A DNA stretch of 64,000 nt from assembly GCA_951406725.2 (NCBI GenBank), contig OX597821.1:100378001-100442000 (forward strand), given 5' to 3'. Each line of letters starts with the position of its first letter. Positions within the stretch are counted from its first letter, which is position 1. The translations under genes and the position numbers were made by a program. The notes under the pieces were generated by a model. It ran no database searches, had not been told where the DNA came from, and saw only the letters and a list, made by a program, of their open reading frames with translations. Positions 14,247-27,848 of the stretch are shown here, piece after piece. Source of the stretch: Octopus vulgaris. Taxonomy: Eukaryota.

Positions 14247-14317
14247 ATATTTACATTGTTTTTTTTTTATATTGAAATCCTTTTATCGTGCTAATCCCAT
14301 CCGCAATATGTTCTTTT

Positions 14318-14536
14318 TTCCTTTTTACTTCATTCAGTCATCAAACTGCAGTCATGCGGGGGCACCACCTTGAAGAATTTTTAGTTGAATGTATCGACCC
14401 TAGTACTTATTTTTTAAAAGCCTGGTTCTTATTCTATCGAACTCGTTTGCCGAACCGCTATATTAAGGGAACGTAGACACACCAACACCGGTTGTCAGCT
14501 GGTAGTGGGAAGGACAAACGCAGACACAAAGTCATG

Positions 14537-14582
<46 letters not shown>

Positions 14583-14688
14583 CAAGCTTCTTTCAGTTTC
14601 CCTGCGCCGAATCCATTCAGAAGGCTTTGGTCGGCCCGAGACTATAGTAAAAGACACTTACCCAAAATGCCACGCAGTGGGACTGATT
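14318..14688 (-). mobile_element. SINE family A, 5'-truncated
   Basis: Reverse complement of the family A body. Confidence 0.8.
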
Positions 14689-14849
14689 CACCAGAAGCGA
14701 TAAATTATGAGATTGAATACGAATAAAGAGTATTTTTAATACATTATAACTGAAAGGCTCCAGTTTCCAACGCTCAAAGTGAATCGATTCCGATCATCAG
14801 TTGGGCAAAACTGATCCTACTTTTCTTTTACAGTATTATCTGTTGAATA

Positions 14850-15300
14850 AGGCGGCCAGCCGGCAGAAACTTTAGCACGCCGGGCGAAATGCTTAGTGAT
14901 ATTTCGTCTTTCTTTACGTTCTGAGTTCAAATTCCGCCGAGGTCGACTTTGCCTTTCATTCTTTCGAGGTCGATAAATTAAGTACCAGTTGCGTACTGGG
15001 GGCGATTTAATCGATTGGCCTCCTCCCCCAGAATTCGGGCCTTGTGCCTAGAGTAGAAAAGAATATTCTCTATTTGAATAAGGTGGCCAGCTGGCAGAAA
15101 CGTTAGCATGCCGGGCGAAATGCTTAGCAGTATCTCGTTTGTCTTTACATTCTGAGTTCAAAATCCGCCGAGATCGACTTTGCCTTTCATCTTTTCGGGG
15201 TCGATAAATTAAGTACCAGTTGCGTATTAGGGTCGATCGAATCGACTGGCCCCCTCCCCAAAAAACAATTTCGGGCCTTGTACCTAGAGTAGAAAAGAAT
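14850..15300 (+). mobile_element. Two tandem SINE family B copies
   Basis: Units ~14850-15063 and ~15081-15300, each with head, Meta-like core and ...GTGCCTAGAGTAGAAAAGAAT-type tail. Confidence 0.85.
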
Positions 15301-16758
15301 ATTCTTTGAATACTTTTATGAAATACAACTTACGTTCTTTCGTTTAAAGACCTTTGTGAACAACACATGCAAAAGCTACTTCAAGCTCACTTTTTTTTTT
15401 AAAATTTAATTTCTGGTTCTCGTATTCATATTATAAACGTCTTATTCATCATACCCTCATGCAATGTGTGTGTGTGGGTGTATGTGGGGGGATGCTGGTT
15501 AAATAAGGTCGGTATTTTAAAGCCAGCTTATAACCAGGGTACGTTCACTGATGATGTAACACAATAGCGAGATAGAGTCAGATTTATTGTAAGAATCGAG
15601 ATAACTGGAACGTCAAGGCTCTCCTATCGTTTTTTTTCAATCAAATACATACAGCCCACTCATACACGCACGCGTACGTGTATATACATGTATACACAGA
15701 GAGCGTGCGAGAAAGAGAGGTGTATGTGTGTGTGTGTGTGTCTGTGTGTGTCTAGTTGTATCTAAGTGCGTGCGTATAAATACATCTTTTGTACAAGACG
15801 ATAGTAATTCATATACCCTTGAGTTTGAAGTATTTCTTCTGATATTTTAGTTTTCTTCCTCCTATTGTCTCTGTTTACCTGCTTGACTCTGTGTGTGTGT
15901 GTGTGTTTGTATTTGTGTGAGCGTGTGTATTTCTCTGTGAGTATGTGTATATTCGAATATATACAATTCAAACTAAAAGCGTCTAATACAATTTGCAGGA
16001 ACTACAATGGTAAGCAAGAAGATGCAGCTATTAGTCTAGATAGGTTTGTAAAATAAATTCTTCAACTCGCAACGTCAAACAATGCTTGCGTAACATGACA
16101 AATAAAACCTCGCAGAGCATAAATAAAATATTATGAAAGGTATAATACAGCAACCGGACGTTAGTTTTTACAGATATATTCCAGAGTAGAAATTAATTCT
16201 CCAGCTATCTAAAACGAAAAACTTATTACAAAGAAATAACGAGTAATGCCTAAGTCCTACAATGGATGTCTCGAAGACAGAACAGAATCGATCGCTTCTC
16301 TTGCACAGAAACTATCATGTATCACTGAGACTGACAAACTATCTGACAAATTCCAGGAATTCAGCTGCTGAAGTCTTTTAATTGGTCTTCATTTGGAGCA
16401 AGTCTCTCTTGTCACTCAGTAAATGCCCGACTGTGATGTTTTAATTTTCCTGTTTCAGTCTTTGGATTGAGACCACGCTGGGTCAGCGTCTATCAAGGGA
16501 TTTGGTCGATTATATCGCTCTCAATACTTTGATTGGTAGTTCATCAATCGATCTGGTAAGGGATAATTAACAAATTCTAACTTGGTGTTGCGCAGAATTA
16601 AAATACTAGACACTATGTTTGATCGACAGTTCGGTTTTTATAGAGCAACCTTCACCAATATACATACATATTATGAACATACATATATATACACACTCAC
16701 ACACAGACACAGACGCACATACACGCACATACATGTGTGTGCGAGTAGATATAATGAG

Positions 16759-16805
<47 letters not shown>

Positions 16806-16974
16806 TTTGTTCCATGTCCTCGCGTTGTGTTTTTTGTGCTTTGTTGTTTGATTATATATATATATATATATATATATTTGTTCCGGGTTGATTCGTAACC
16901 ACAGTAAGTAGGTTGTGAAAATTAATTTTTTATGTGCTTTGTTGTTTGGAATTAACCCTGAAGATGAATGAAAC

Positions 16975-17007
<33 letters not shown>

Positions 17008-17019
17008 AAGGTCAGACAC

Positions 17020-17089
<70 letters not shown>

Positions 17090-17502
17090 TTGTGTGCACG
17101 TATGAAGACGTACAATGATTTTCATAGTTTGCACGTACTAAATCAATAGTAAATACTCGATAAATTCTTGGTTTATTTGGAAGTTATCTCTGCTTGGAGG
17201 AGCAATTGGGATGAGTTCCGAATGACGAGAGAACAGACTCTCAAGAACCAACAGTTTTCCAGAGTGGACATGTCTTTGATGAAAAACACAACCTACTTGT
17301 CTGAAGACAAGAGGGCATAGTTCTGCCTCAATAATCATCGTCAATACAGCAGAAAAGAAAATAGAACACCTTTACAGCCTACACATTGTCCATAAATGAA
17401 AGGAAACTTTTCAAAAGGAAATTATATACGTGTGATTATACATGTGTATACATACATGCATGTATTTATGCATAAATATATGTATACAAGTATCTGTTTC
17501 TT

Positions 17503-17534
<32 letters not shown>

Positions 17535-18118
17535 CTCTCCCCTTTGTGTCTCTCTCACACATACATACAAATAGAAATGCAAAACACACGGATCACAATG
17601 TAATCCAAGGCTTGTAGGTTGGCAGAGTTGTTAGAGTGTCGGACAAAACACCTGGCAATATTTCTTCACAACTCATAGTGTCCTGAGTTCAAATCTGGAC
17701 GATGTCAGTTTTAACTTTCATCGGAAAATGAAACAATAAAATATAATGACATTCAGCTACCGAGGTCGTACTCATTGACTAATTGCTTCTTCCAAGTTTA
17801 TGACCGCATCACTCTGTTGTTAATGAACCAATCAATGAAAATTGGTTGAATAATCCGTCGAGCAAAACTTAAAAACTTTACTGGAAACGAATTTAATAAT
17901 AAATTTAAATCTAAGTAAATAGTAAATGTCATGTTCTCATTATTAAAGATATTTGAAAGATTTTACCTTAAATTAGCAATCACACATACCCTAACCCTAA
18001 CCCTATATGCATGTATACATGTACACACACACACACACACACATAGGCGCAGGCGTTGTGTATGGTTTATTTTCCAACCATATTTGCCTCCCAACCATAT
18101 ATGTATGTGTGTGTATGT

Positions 18119-18158
<40 letters not shown>

Positions 18159-18278
18159 ACTGTGTTTTGGGTTCATGCCTCACCATCGCTGGATAACTGG
18201 TGTTGGTGTGTTTATGTCTCCGTAACCTAGCGCTTCGGCAGAAGAGCGTGATAGAATAAGAACCAATACTGTTTTACC

Positions 18279-18661
18279 GTTTTACTTGTTTCAGTCATTT
18301 GACTGCGGCCATGCTGGAGCACCACCTTTAGTCGAGCAAATCGAGCTCAGGACTTATTCTTTATAAGCCTAGTATTTATTCTATCGAACCGCTAATTTAC
18401 GGGGACGTAAACACACTAGCATCGGTTCTCAAGCGATGTTGGTGGAGACAAACACAGACATACAAATATATACACATCACATATATATATATATACATAT
18501 TTACGACGGGCTTCTTTCAGTTTCCGTCAACCAAATCCACTCACAAGGCTTTGGTCGGCCCGAGGATATAGTAGAAGACACTTGCCCAAAGTGCCACGCA
18601 GTGGGAATGAACCCGAAACCATGTGGTTGGTAAGCAAGCTACTTACCACACAGCCACTCCT
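18279..18661 (-). mobile_element. SINE family A nested antisense in an older family A copy (~18045-18745, +)
   Basis: The older copy breaks after GATAGAATAAG and resumes at AATAAGTACTGGGGTCGAT after the insert. Confidence 0.8.
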
Positions 18662-19516
18662 AAATAAAAAATAAGTACTGGGGTCGATTCAATCGATAAA
18701 AAGTTTCTTCAACGCGCTGCTCCAGTCTAATGATTGAAAAAGATAAACCGTAATCCAATCACTCGATTATCGAGGGTAAGATGAAATGCTTTTGAATAAT
18801 GTACAAGACACTTGTAAATAACTGTAACTACGGAAACTTTGGTACTCCACTGGAGAAACTAGAAAACTCTTGTCTTTTCATAATCGTCCTCGTTGTTCTT
18901 CCATATTTATTTTCAACATTATTTTTCTGCTTTTTTATTGATATTCATTCTTAAATTTCTCTTCTGTATTTTCTTTGCTTTTTTTTTCCTTTTGGTTTGT
19001 TTGTTTGTTTAAACATACATTCCTTGTCCATATTTCATCATTCTTTCAACGTTACTTTCATTCAATCTAGATTCATACGCAATATTACTCAAATCTTATT
19101 TTCAGATTTTCCTTTTCAGCTATGTGTTTTTTACCGTGCTTCAGTCGTTACTTGCTCTCGTTTTCGTTTTATTATATTTAGTAATATATATCTGCCTATG
19201 TTACATTCCTATATATTTTTGTTCCTGCATTCATGATACACACATCTATATTTTTCTTTATTCTTCCTGACTTCTGTTTTTCCTTCTCTTGTTTCCTGTG
19301 GTCTGCGCTCAGTTTATCTTCTCTTCTTTTTTTTTATCTCCCAGTCACTAATCCTTCTAACTCTTCTTTTGTTCAGATCATTCGTTCTTTCTCTTTTTCC
19401 TATAGTTTTCTTTCTCCCGTTGTTTTCTATATAAATTTTCAATGTTTCTTCAGCTGAAAAATACTAGTAACAAAAAACCCACCAACACCACAATAACAAA
19501 TACACACTTAAATTTG

Positions 19517-19566
<50 letters not shown>

Positions 19567-19906
19567 CACTTATATCTATGAATGTATATCTCTTCCCGCT
19601 CTCTGTTTCACAAAGCATATATATATATATATATATATAAATAAAGCGTGTGTATGCAAATGTGTGTGAGTGCATGTGTGTGTGCGCGCGCGTGTGTGTG
19701 TAAACTTATATCCCTTTGGGGGATAAGAGACTGTCAGGGAATACTCATGCGCAGACATATATGCGTAAGTACTGTATATATATGTATATATGTCTATGTA
19801 TATCTGCATACAAATCAATATATATATATATATACGTATCCATATATATGCATTTATATGTGTATATATGTATGTGTATGTGTGCTTATGTGTGTGTACA
19901 CACACA

Positions 19907-19965
<59 letters not shown>

Positions 19966-20579
19966 TTATAAACGTATGCGTGTGTGTTTGGAGGAACAAT
20001 AGTTAAGGATATTTGTTGCATGAAGATTTAATAGTAAAGTGTGTGCTTGCGTAAATACTGTGTCATTTAGCAGTAAAATTATTTAAATGAATTAAGATCA
20101 CGCTGTTAATGAGGATAGCAATCATTATGTAATCGAATAATTTTTATGGGGAAACATAGGGGAAGGGCGACCCTAAAATTATTAATTGATTAAAATGGAT
20201 TAAATATCGAACGCAGCATGAAGGGTGTGTATTGACCTCAACAATGCAGTGGCAAATACAGACATGCCTGAACCCCAATAAACCTCATCATCACATAGAA
20301 TTTATTTACTCGAAGCTACTTCAGCTATAAACAGTAGCTTATAATACAATGGTATATACTATGTACAGCTCATCAGTCACTCGAAGGTCTGATAATGCCT
20401 TGAAATATATACGCTTTATATAATTGAGTAATACGTTTAACAAACGCCATGCTTACTGTATGAAAGTTTAGGGGTTTTTTTCTCAGTTACTTATATATTA
20501 TGGTCTGAAAGTGTCCTTATGTATTCCCTCCGCACTTGGTATTCTGATATTTTACTGCTCAGTATTCATTAATATATAT

Positions 20580-20793
20580 ATATATATATATATCGCGTGT
20601 ATCGTTGGCGATTTTGTGATTTTGTTTCTCCGTCTTCCCTTCCTTGGACCTTTCCTTTTTCTCTCTTTCTGACGAAGAGCTCCGCTCGAAACGTTAAATT
20701 CTCCTTCTTTCTTTCCTTTCCTGAGCGTCCAATAACACTATACTTGTTCCACATCCTCGCGTTGTAATATTTCCTCTTTGTTCATGTTTGGAT

Positions 20794-20800
<7 letters not shown>
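20580..20800 (+). mobile_element. Family H1 element with hammerhead-like core, between (TA)n tracts
   Basis: TTT-CTGACGA-A-GAGC-tcc-GCTC-GAAAC-GTT-AAA at 20666-20698. Confidence 0.7.
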
Positions 20801-20829
<29 letters not shown>

Positions 20830-21277
20830 TATCAAATTAGAGGAGTTTAATACCTTTAAGGGATAATTAAATCCAAAGTCGCTCCCGGCTATTAGCTGGG
20901 TAAGTACAGTCTGTTGTAAGATTGTACGGTAGCAAGTGGTTCGGATGGTAAACCGGAGTTTAGATTATATAAGAGTAGAAAATGGATAAAATAACAATGG
21001 GAATCTCGTGGATTACGCTGGCATGTCTTTAATTAAATAGATAACAAAATAGTAAGAAGCAGAGGGTGGCATTCGAGTAAATAAACTCTATGTGATGATG
21101 AGGTTTATTGAGGTTCAAACATGTCTGTATTTGCCACTGCATTGTTGAAGTCAATATGTCACCCTTATCTCTGCTTTTTACTTTTTTGTTACCTATCTAA
21201 TTAAAGATATGCCAGCGTTATTCACGAGTCCCCCATTGTTATTATATCCATTTTCTTCTCTTATATATATATATATA

Positions 21278-21470
21278 GGGAGAGTTTACGAAAAAATCAA
21301 AAGATGAAGACAGGTGGTGTACAAAACAAACAGATGTATAAGTATAACGCTCAGGGAAAGAAAAAGTATTTTACGTTTCGAGCCTACGCTCTTCTACAGA
21401 AACGGACACAGAAAAAACAAGGAGAGAAACAGGAGAGAAAAAATGTGTGTAATGGCTAACGATCTATCTG
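21278..21470 (-). mobile_element. Family H1 element with hammerhead-like core
   Basis: Minus strand TTT-CTGTAGA-A-GAGC-gtag-GCTC-GAAACGTA-AAA at 21369-21402; follows (TA)n. Confidence 0.65.
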
Positions 21471-22508
21471 CAGGTGTCTAACATGCTACAGTGCTGGTTC
21501 GACTACCTTAAACAAATGTGATCTCAAAATGCTAAAACGTGTCTAGAGTTGTCACCGTAAAACAAAAGATCTGACGTAATTTCTCTTGCATTTTATACGC
21601 AATTTCTGTTTCAAATTATTTCATACTACACAAGTACACACACACAGACACAGACACACACGCACACACATAGACAGAGTTAGTTATTTGGTTGGTAGAT
21701 AGGTAGCTGGCTAACTTTGAAGCGAAACAAAATGTATTTTGTATGGTCGATTGTATTTGACAAAACACATACACATGCACAATAGTATATATATATATGT
21801 GTATATACTTATATATATATATATATATATATATATTACATATATTTGCTCGTCTTTTGCATTTCTTTCTCTTAATGTATTTATATATTCGTATTGTTTA
21901 TAATTTTTCCTGTTCTCCTTAAAACACTTTATTTACCGTTCGTTCTGGAAACTTCATTCCTCTACAACTGTTTTTGCTCATCTATCATATTTGGTGATTT
22001 ATGATATTCCAACAGCTTATGTTGCTGACGCCACCAGATTGAATAAGGATATCATAAGCTGTCGAAATTGTGATGATACTTGTCCGACTATTAATGAGGA
22101 TTTGAGCATATCTGCGCCCGATTTTTGTTGCTTCTAATTTTTTACTATAAAAACGTTGGTTATCCCACTGTACAATTTTTATCATATATATATATATATA
22201 TATACATACCTACATAAATATATGTGTGTGAGTGTATGTGAGTATATGGGTGTGCATATGTCCGTGTGTTTGTTTGCATGTGTGTGTGTGTATTAATGTA
22301 TGCAAATATGTATGTAAATATTTAGGTACGGTCTTCAATGAACAAATATATGATTATATAATGAGTTTGATTATCTTTAAACGTTACAAAAGTGGGGGGG
22401 TGTTTTGGGCACTGCACGAATGCCATACACGAAGCTCTCGTCTCTTGAATCATTTTTGGTAATTCTTTTTGTCGATAAAATGTAATGAGAAAAAATATAT
22501 ATACATAT

Positions 22509-22582
<74 letters not shown>

Positions 22583-22597
22583 ATATATATATATATA

Positions 22598-22806
22598 ACG
22601 GGAAGCTTTATGAAAATAAACAAAAGACGAAGGTAGGTGGAATATAAACAAACAATTGTATTAGTATGGCGCTCAGGAATATAAATAAAACAAGTCTTTT
22701 ACGTTTCGAGCCTACGCTCTTCAACAGAAAGATACACAGAAACGAAACACAGAAAGAAACAAGAGAGAAAAAAATGCGTACAGAAGCTAGCGAATCAACA
22801 TGGCGA

Positions 22807-22810
<4 letters not shown>
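22598..22810 (-). mobile_element. Family H1 element with hammerhead-like core, flanked on both sides by (TA)n
   Basis: Minus strand TCTTT-CTGTTGA-A-GAGC-gtag-GCTC-GAAACGTA-AAAGA at 22695-22732 (5-bp stem I). Confidence 0.7.
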
Positions 22811-22864
<54 letters not shown>

Positions 22865-22956
22865 AGTACTGAGATGCATACGCACACGCACACATGCATA
22901 TAATGCGCATGTGTGTGCATGATTAAAGAAGAAAAGAAGAGGATTGGGAGGAAGAA

Positions 22957-22963
22957 ATGATGG

Positions 22964-22995
<32 letters not shown>

Positions 22996-23286
22996 TTGAT
23001 TATGATGATTGATGATGATGATGATGACGACGACGATGACGATGACGACGACGGCGACGACGATGGTGATTATGAAGAAGAAGAAGAAGAAGAAGAAGAA
23101 GAAGAAGAAGAAGAAGGAGAAGAAGAAGAAGAAGAAGAAGAAGAAGAAGAAGAAGAAGAAGAAGAAGAAGAAGAAGAAGAAGAAGAAGAAGAAGAAGAAG
23201 AAGAAGAAGAAGAAGAAGAAGAAGAAGAAGAAGAAGAAGAAGAAGAAGAAGAAGAAGAAGAAGAAGAAGAAGAAGAAGAAGAAGAA
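22957..23286 (+). repeat. Compound (GAT)n/(GAC)n/(GAA)~70 trinucleotide array
   Basis: Read directly; explains the poly-E/K/L/S ORFs. Confidence 0.95.
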
Positions 23287-24436
23287 ACAACTCTCCTCTT
23301 GAAGTAATCGTTCAATCCAGTTTATGCAGTGTTATTGTTTGATAAGGGGAAGAAAAAAAAAAGAATCTGAAATACCTGAGAGTATTATTTTGTTCTTTGC
23401 AGAAAATCTCTTGAAGCTGGCAATATGAAAGAAACAGAAACAAACAAATTTTTATAAGCAGTGAAAATAGATCATTCAAATAAAGATGTAAAAGTAACTA
23501 TTGTTATAGGGAAAAGATTTTTGCGGAGGCTTTAAAAGAAATTCGTGCGCTAAAAGGTTCAACAAGAAAACCAATGTTGGATTTCATCTGAATTTTTATA
23601 AGGATTTCTCTGTGTTTTATAACTTGGGGCTATATATGTAAAATAAAGTTCAATTATTTTTTTGTTTTCTTGAAATTAAAACGAAAACTTCGATAAACAT
23701 GTTTAATTTATCTAAGGTCAATATTTACGCGAAGAAAAGTTCTCGGAGATTTAAAGAAAAAAAATTTTGTTTTGTTTTTTTTTCCTTTTTTTCTTTTTCT
23801 AACAGTTAAAATGTGTAAAACTTCGTCGGAAAATTCGATTTAGAAAACGCAAACAAAAGCACACCCACTCTATCTCATTTAATATTGGTGTCTATGGAAA
23901 TGTCTTTCTACATACATCTTACTGTTGATGTTAGTGTTATGGTTGTTATTGTCCTTGTTGTTGTTGTTGTTGTTGTTGCTGTTATTGTTGTTGTTGTTGT
24001 TGAGCTGATTGTCCAAAACTATCAGTCGTGGCAATCCAGCGTTTTGAGGGATATGAACGATATATCTACCAATAGTTATCGTTATCATCATTGCTGTTGT
24101 TGTCTTCTTCTTCTTCTTCTTCTTCTTCTTCTTCTTCTTCTTCTTCTTCTTCTTCTTCTTCTTCCGATCATTAGCCACAAAGAATATTCTCAAATTCGAG
24201 CCTACTCTAAGCTACTAAGAATGTGTGTGGCAACTTGAAGATCCACCCACCACACCCGATAGACTGGCGGTGGCACGGGCGCGAAAGTTACGTTGTTATC
24301 CTCATTCCGTAAACGGTGGCCTTTAACGTTTGGAGAGCTGAACCATCCTTGGGTACAGAGGATTCGCAATCTAGACTAGGGTCTGAAAGTTTACCACACC
24401 ATAGTGGATTACACTATGGTTCCTCTGCTTTGTGGC

Positions 24437-24632
24437 AGAAGTAGGAAGAAAGAGTGAGAGAAAGTTGTGGTGAAAGAGTACAACAGGGTTCAACCCCCAC
24501 TCCCCGCCGGAGCCTCGTGGAGCTTAGGTGTTTTTGCTCAATAAACACTCAGAATGCCCGGTTTGGAAATCGAAACCGCGTTCATACGACCGGGAGTCCG
24601 CTGCTTTAACCACTGGGCCATTGCGCCTCCAC
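24437..24632 (-). mobile_element. SINE family C, 5' part
   Basis: Reverse complement of GGAGGCGCAATGGCCCAGTGGTTAAAGCAGCGGACTC...GGTTTCGATTTCC. Confidence 0.8.
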
Positions 24633-24829
24633 TTGCTGTTGTTGTTGTTGTTGTTGCTGTTGTTATTGTTGCTGTGGACGTTTGGTTTCAAACGAAGCCT
24701 TGTCGGGCAGGCATGTAGTCAGCCTTTCTCCATTCGTAAGCGACACATCAGATTTTTATTTTCACCATTAAATATTTATTTTCTTACGGAAACATGTCTT
24801 GAATACGTTATCCAGCATAATACACATAC

Positions 24830-24999
24830 GTGGAGGAGTGGCTGTGTGGTAAGTAGCCCGCTTACCAACCACATGGTTCCGAGTTCAGTCCCACTTGGGC
24901 ACCTTGGGCAAGTGTCTTCTACTATAGCCTCGGGCCGACCAAAGCCTTGTGAGTGGATTAGGTAGGCGGAAACTGAAAGACGCCCGTCATTTATATGTA

Positions 25000-25076
<77 letters not shown>

Positions 25077-25284
25077 ATGTGTCTGTGTTTGTCCCCCCAA
25101 CATCGTTTGACAATCGATGCTAGTGTGTTTACGTCCCTGTAACCTAGCGGTTCGGCAAAAGAGACCGATAGAATAAGTACTAGGCTTACAAAGAATAAGT
25201 CCTGGGGTCGATTTGCTCGACTAAAAGCGGTGCACCAGCATGGCCATAGTCAAATGACTGAAACAAGTAAAAGAGTAAAAGAGT
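24830..25284 (+). mobile_element. SINE family A, full length, with expanded (GT)n
   Basis: Head through tail matches the other family A copies. Confidence 0.9.
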
Positions 25285-25554
25285 ACATAAATATATGTAA
25301 ATGTATGTATGGGCATGGAGATAGACTGGCGATTCAGTTCGTCCCTGGGTCTATTCAGGTATGTGATGTTGATTAGCCACAGAATATGGCGAAACATCGG
25401 TATCAATCACTCCTGGATTGGACTGGGAGCGTGTTGCCTTGCCTTTCCATGACTTTCAAGTGTCTTAACACCCATTACTATAAGGGAGTCGTCTCCTGGA
25501 ACCGGTAAACGAGCAAAGCACATACGTTGAGTATGTTTATATATGTGGCTTATA

Positions 25555-25848
25555 TACGTGACTTAGTGGTTAGGGCATTCGGCTCGTGAATATAAGGTCG
25601 TGAGCTCAATTCCCGGCGACGCGTTGTGTCCTTGAACAAGACACTTTGTTTCACGTTGATTCAGTCCACTGAGCTGGCAAAAATGAGTCGTACCTGTATT
25701 TCTGTGTCACGCTGAATCTCCCTGAGAACTACGTTAGGGGTACGCGTGTCTGTGGATTGCTCAGTCACTTGCGCGTTAATTTCACGAGCAAGCTGTTCCG
25801 TTGATCTTATCAGCTGGGACCCTATCGACGTAACCAACGGAGTGCTCC
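25555..25848 (+). mobile_element. tRNA SINE with D-type CORE-like head and C-type tail
   Basis: GTGTCCTTGAACAAGACACTT...AAATGAGT, then GTACCTGTATTTC...GTAACCAACGGAGTGC shared with 27492. Confidence 0.75.
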
Positions 25849-25893
<45 letters not shown>

Positions 25894-26477
25894 AATTTAT
25901 ATATTAATGCGAGTGTGGATTTGTGGATGCTCGCGGCCATGTATATTTGTAAACATATGTATATGCATATATATATATGCGCAAATACCTATATGTATAT
26001 GCATATATATACATATATACACATATATTATGCGTGCATGTGTGAGTGTGTATCTGGGGAGATACAGAGAGAGATATCGATTATTTTTATCGTGTTAGAA
26101 TGGAGATATAACCACTTACACGATTGGTTTGTTTCAGTACATAATTTCTAAGTTTACGGTTATAGAGTCAATAATTTAGATAATTGCTTATCTAGTTCAG
26201 AAGGAATTGAATATGAAGGCTTGTAGAAGGAGTTGTATCAAATTCTTCAATTACCGTTTCTAACCCAAAAACCACCAGATAAGGAAGTAAAGTTTCCTTG
26301 TAAATAGTGGTAATTTCTGAAAGCATAACATTGTTTTCACATCTAAGTATCGATTTGATACGTACAAGTACGTGTGAGTGTGTGTGTGTGCGCGCGTGTG
26401 TGTGAGTGTTTGCGCAAAGATTCCTACATACATACACACACATATGTATATACACAGATACATACAAATACACATAA

Positions 26478-26565
<88 letters not shown>

Positions 26566-26589
26566 TGTATATGTGATATATGATACATT

Positions 26590-26631
<42 letters not shown>

Positions 26632-27491
26632 AATGTGTGTATGACTGCTTGTGTGTATTATATATATATACACATATATATATATATGCACATACATACA
26701 TACATACATGTATTTGTGTATGTATTCAAACTGTTCTACATAGTGTTCATATAGGAACATCTACGCAGTCATCGACTTTTACGTAACGGCTTTTAGAACA
26801 CTTTTCCTAAAATTACTGTACAACACCGACATTGAACCTTTCTTATTAGAACTGTGAATTTAGGTGGATAAACTGTTAGATATCTGTCTTTAAGATCTTA
26901 TGTTTGGTAACTCTTCGAAATTGAGTAATGTACTCGGAGAAATCCATTTCTGTTCTGAGCTTCCACGCAAATTTTTGATTGATTTTCTTTATCTACATAT
27001 TATTTTCGTTATTTATTCGCATCTTGTTAAGTTACTGAGTTAGCAACCAATGTATTTGCGTCCTTATTCCAACGCAGTTATTTTCACTTTAATACATCTA
27101 ATTCTGAAATATCCACACAAAACAACTGATGGAAAAATGTGTATTTTATTAGCCACTAAGTCGTATATATGTCAGTCCATTTTGAAGATGGTGGGCGGGT
27201 GTAAATTTGATGAGTATTTTCTACAGATCGAGGATAGCGCTAAAGCTTCTATTTTGACTCGCGAGACAGAAAATGTAGGTAGGCAAAAAAATCCAATTAC
27301 ATACAAAATCAAAAATACCTGAAGAAATACCATTCGTCCGTTTTATGAACACCGTTACATCACATTCTCTAACAAAGGAAAATTATGTCAGAAATGCATA
27401 ATACATGGAATTTTACAAATCCTTTCAAGGCACACAACCAAGCAATGATATTGGCAGAAGAATTAACGTATCTGCTAACCACATACGTAAT

Positions 27492-27848
27492 GGAGGCGCA
27501 ATGGCCTAGTGGTTAGGGCAGCGGACTCGCGGTCATAGGATCGCGGTTTCGATTGAGCGAAAACACCTAAAGCTCCACGCGGCTCCGGCAGGGGATGATG
27601 GCGATCCCTGCTGTACTCTTTCACCACAACTTTATCTTACTCTTACTTCCTGTTTCTGTTGTACCTGTATTTCAAAGGGCCGGCCTTGTCACTCTCTGTG
27701 TCACGCTGAATATCCCCGAGAACTACGTTAAGGGTACACGTGTCTGTGGAGTGCTCAGCCACTTAGACGTTATTTTCACGAGCAGGCTGTTCCGTTGATT
27801 CGGATCAATAGGAACCTTCGTCGTCGTAACCGACGGAGTGCTTCCATC
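27492..27848 (+). mobile_element. SINE family C, near full length
   Basis: tRNA-like head, tail ending GTAACCGACGGAGTGC; flanking direct repeat TATCTGCTAAC(C)ACATACGT. Confidence 0.85.

Noticed and set aside
17988-18004. CCCTAACCCTAACCCT telomere-like repeat
   Set aside because: Fewer than 3 units; too short to call an interstitial telomere.
22957-23315. Poly-D/E, poly-K, poly-L and poly-S ORFs
   Set aside because: A pure triplet array open in several frames on both strands, with no unique coding context.
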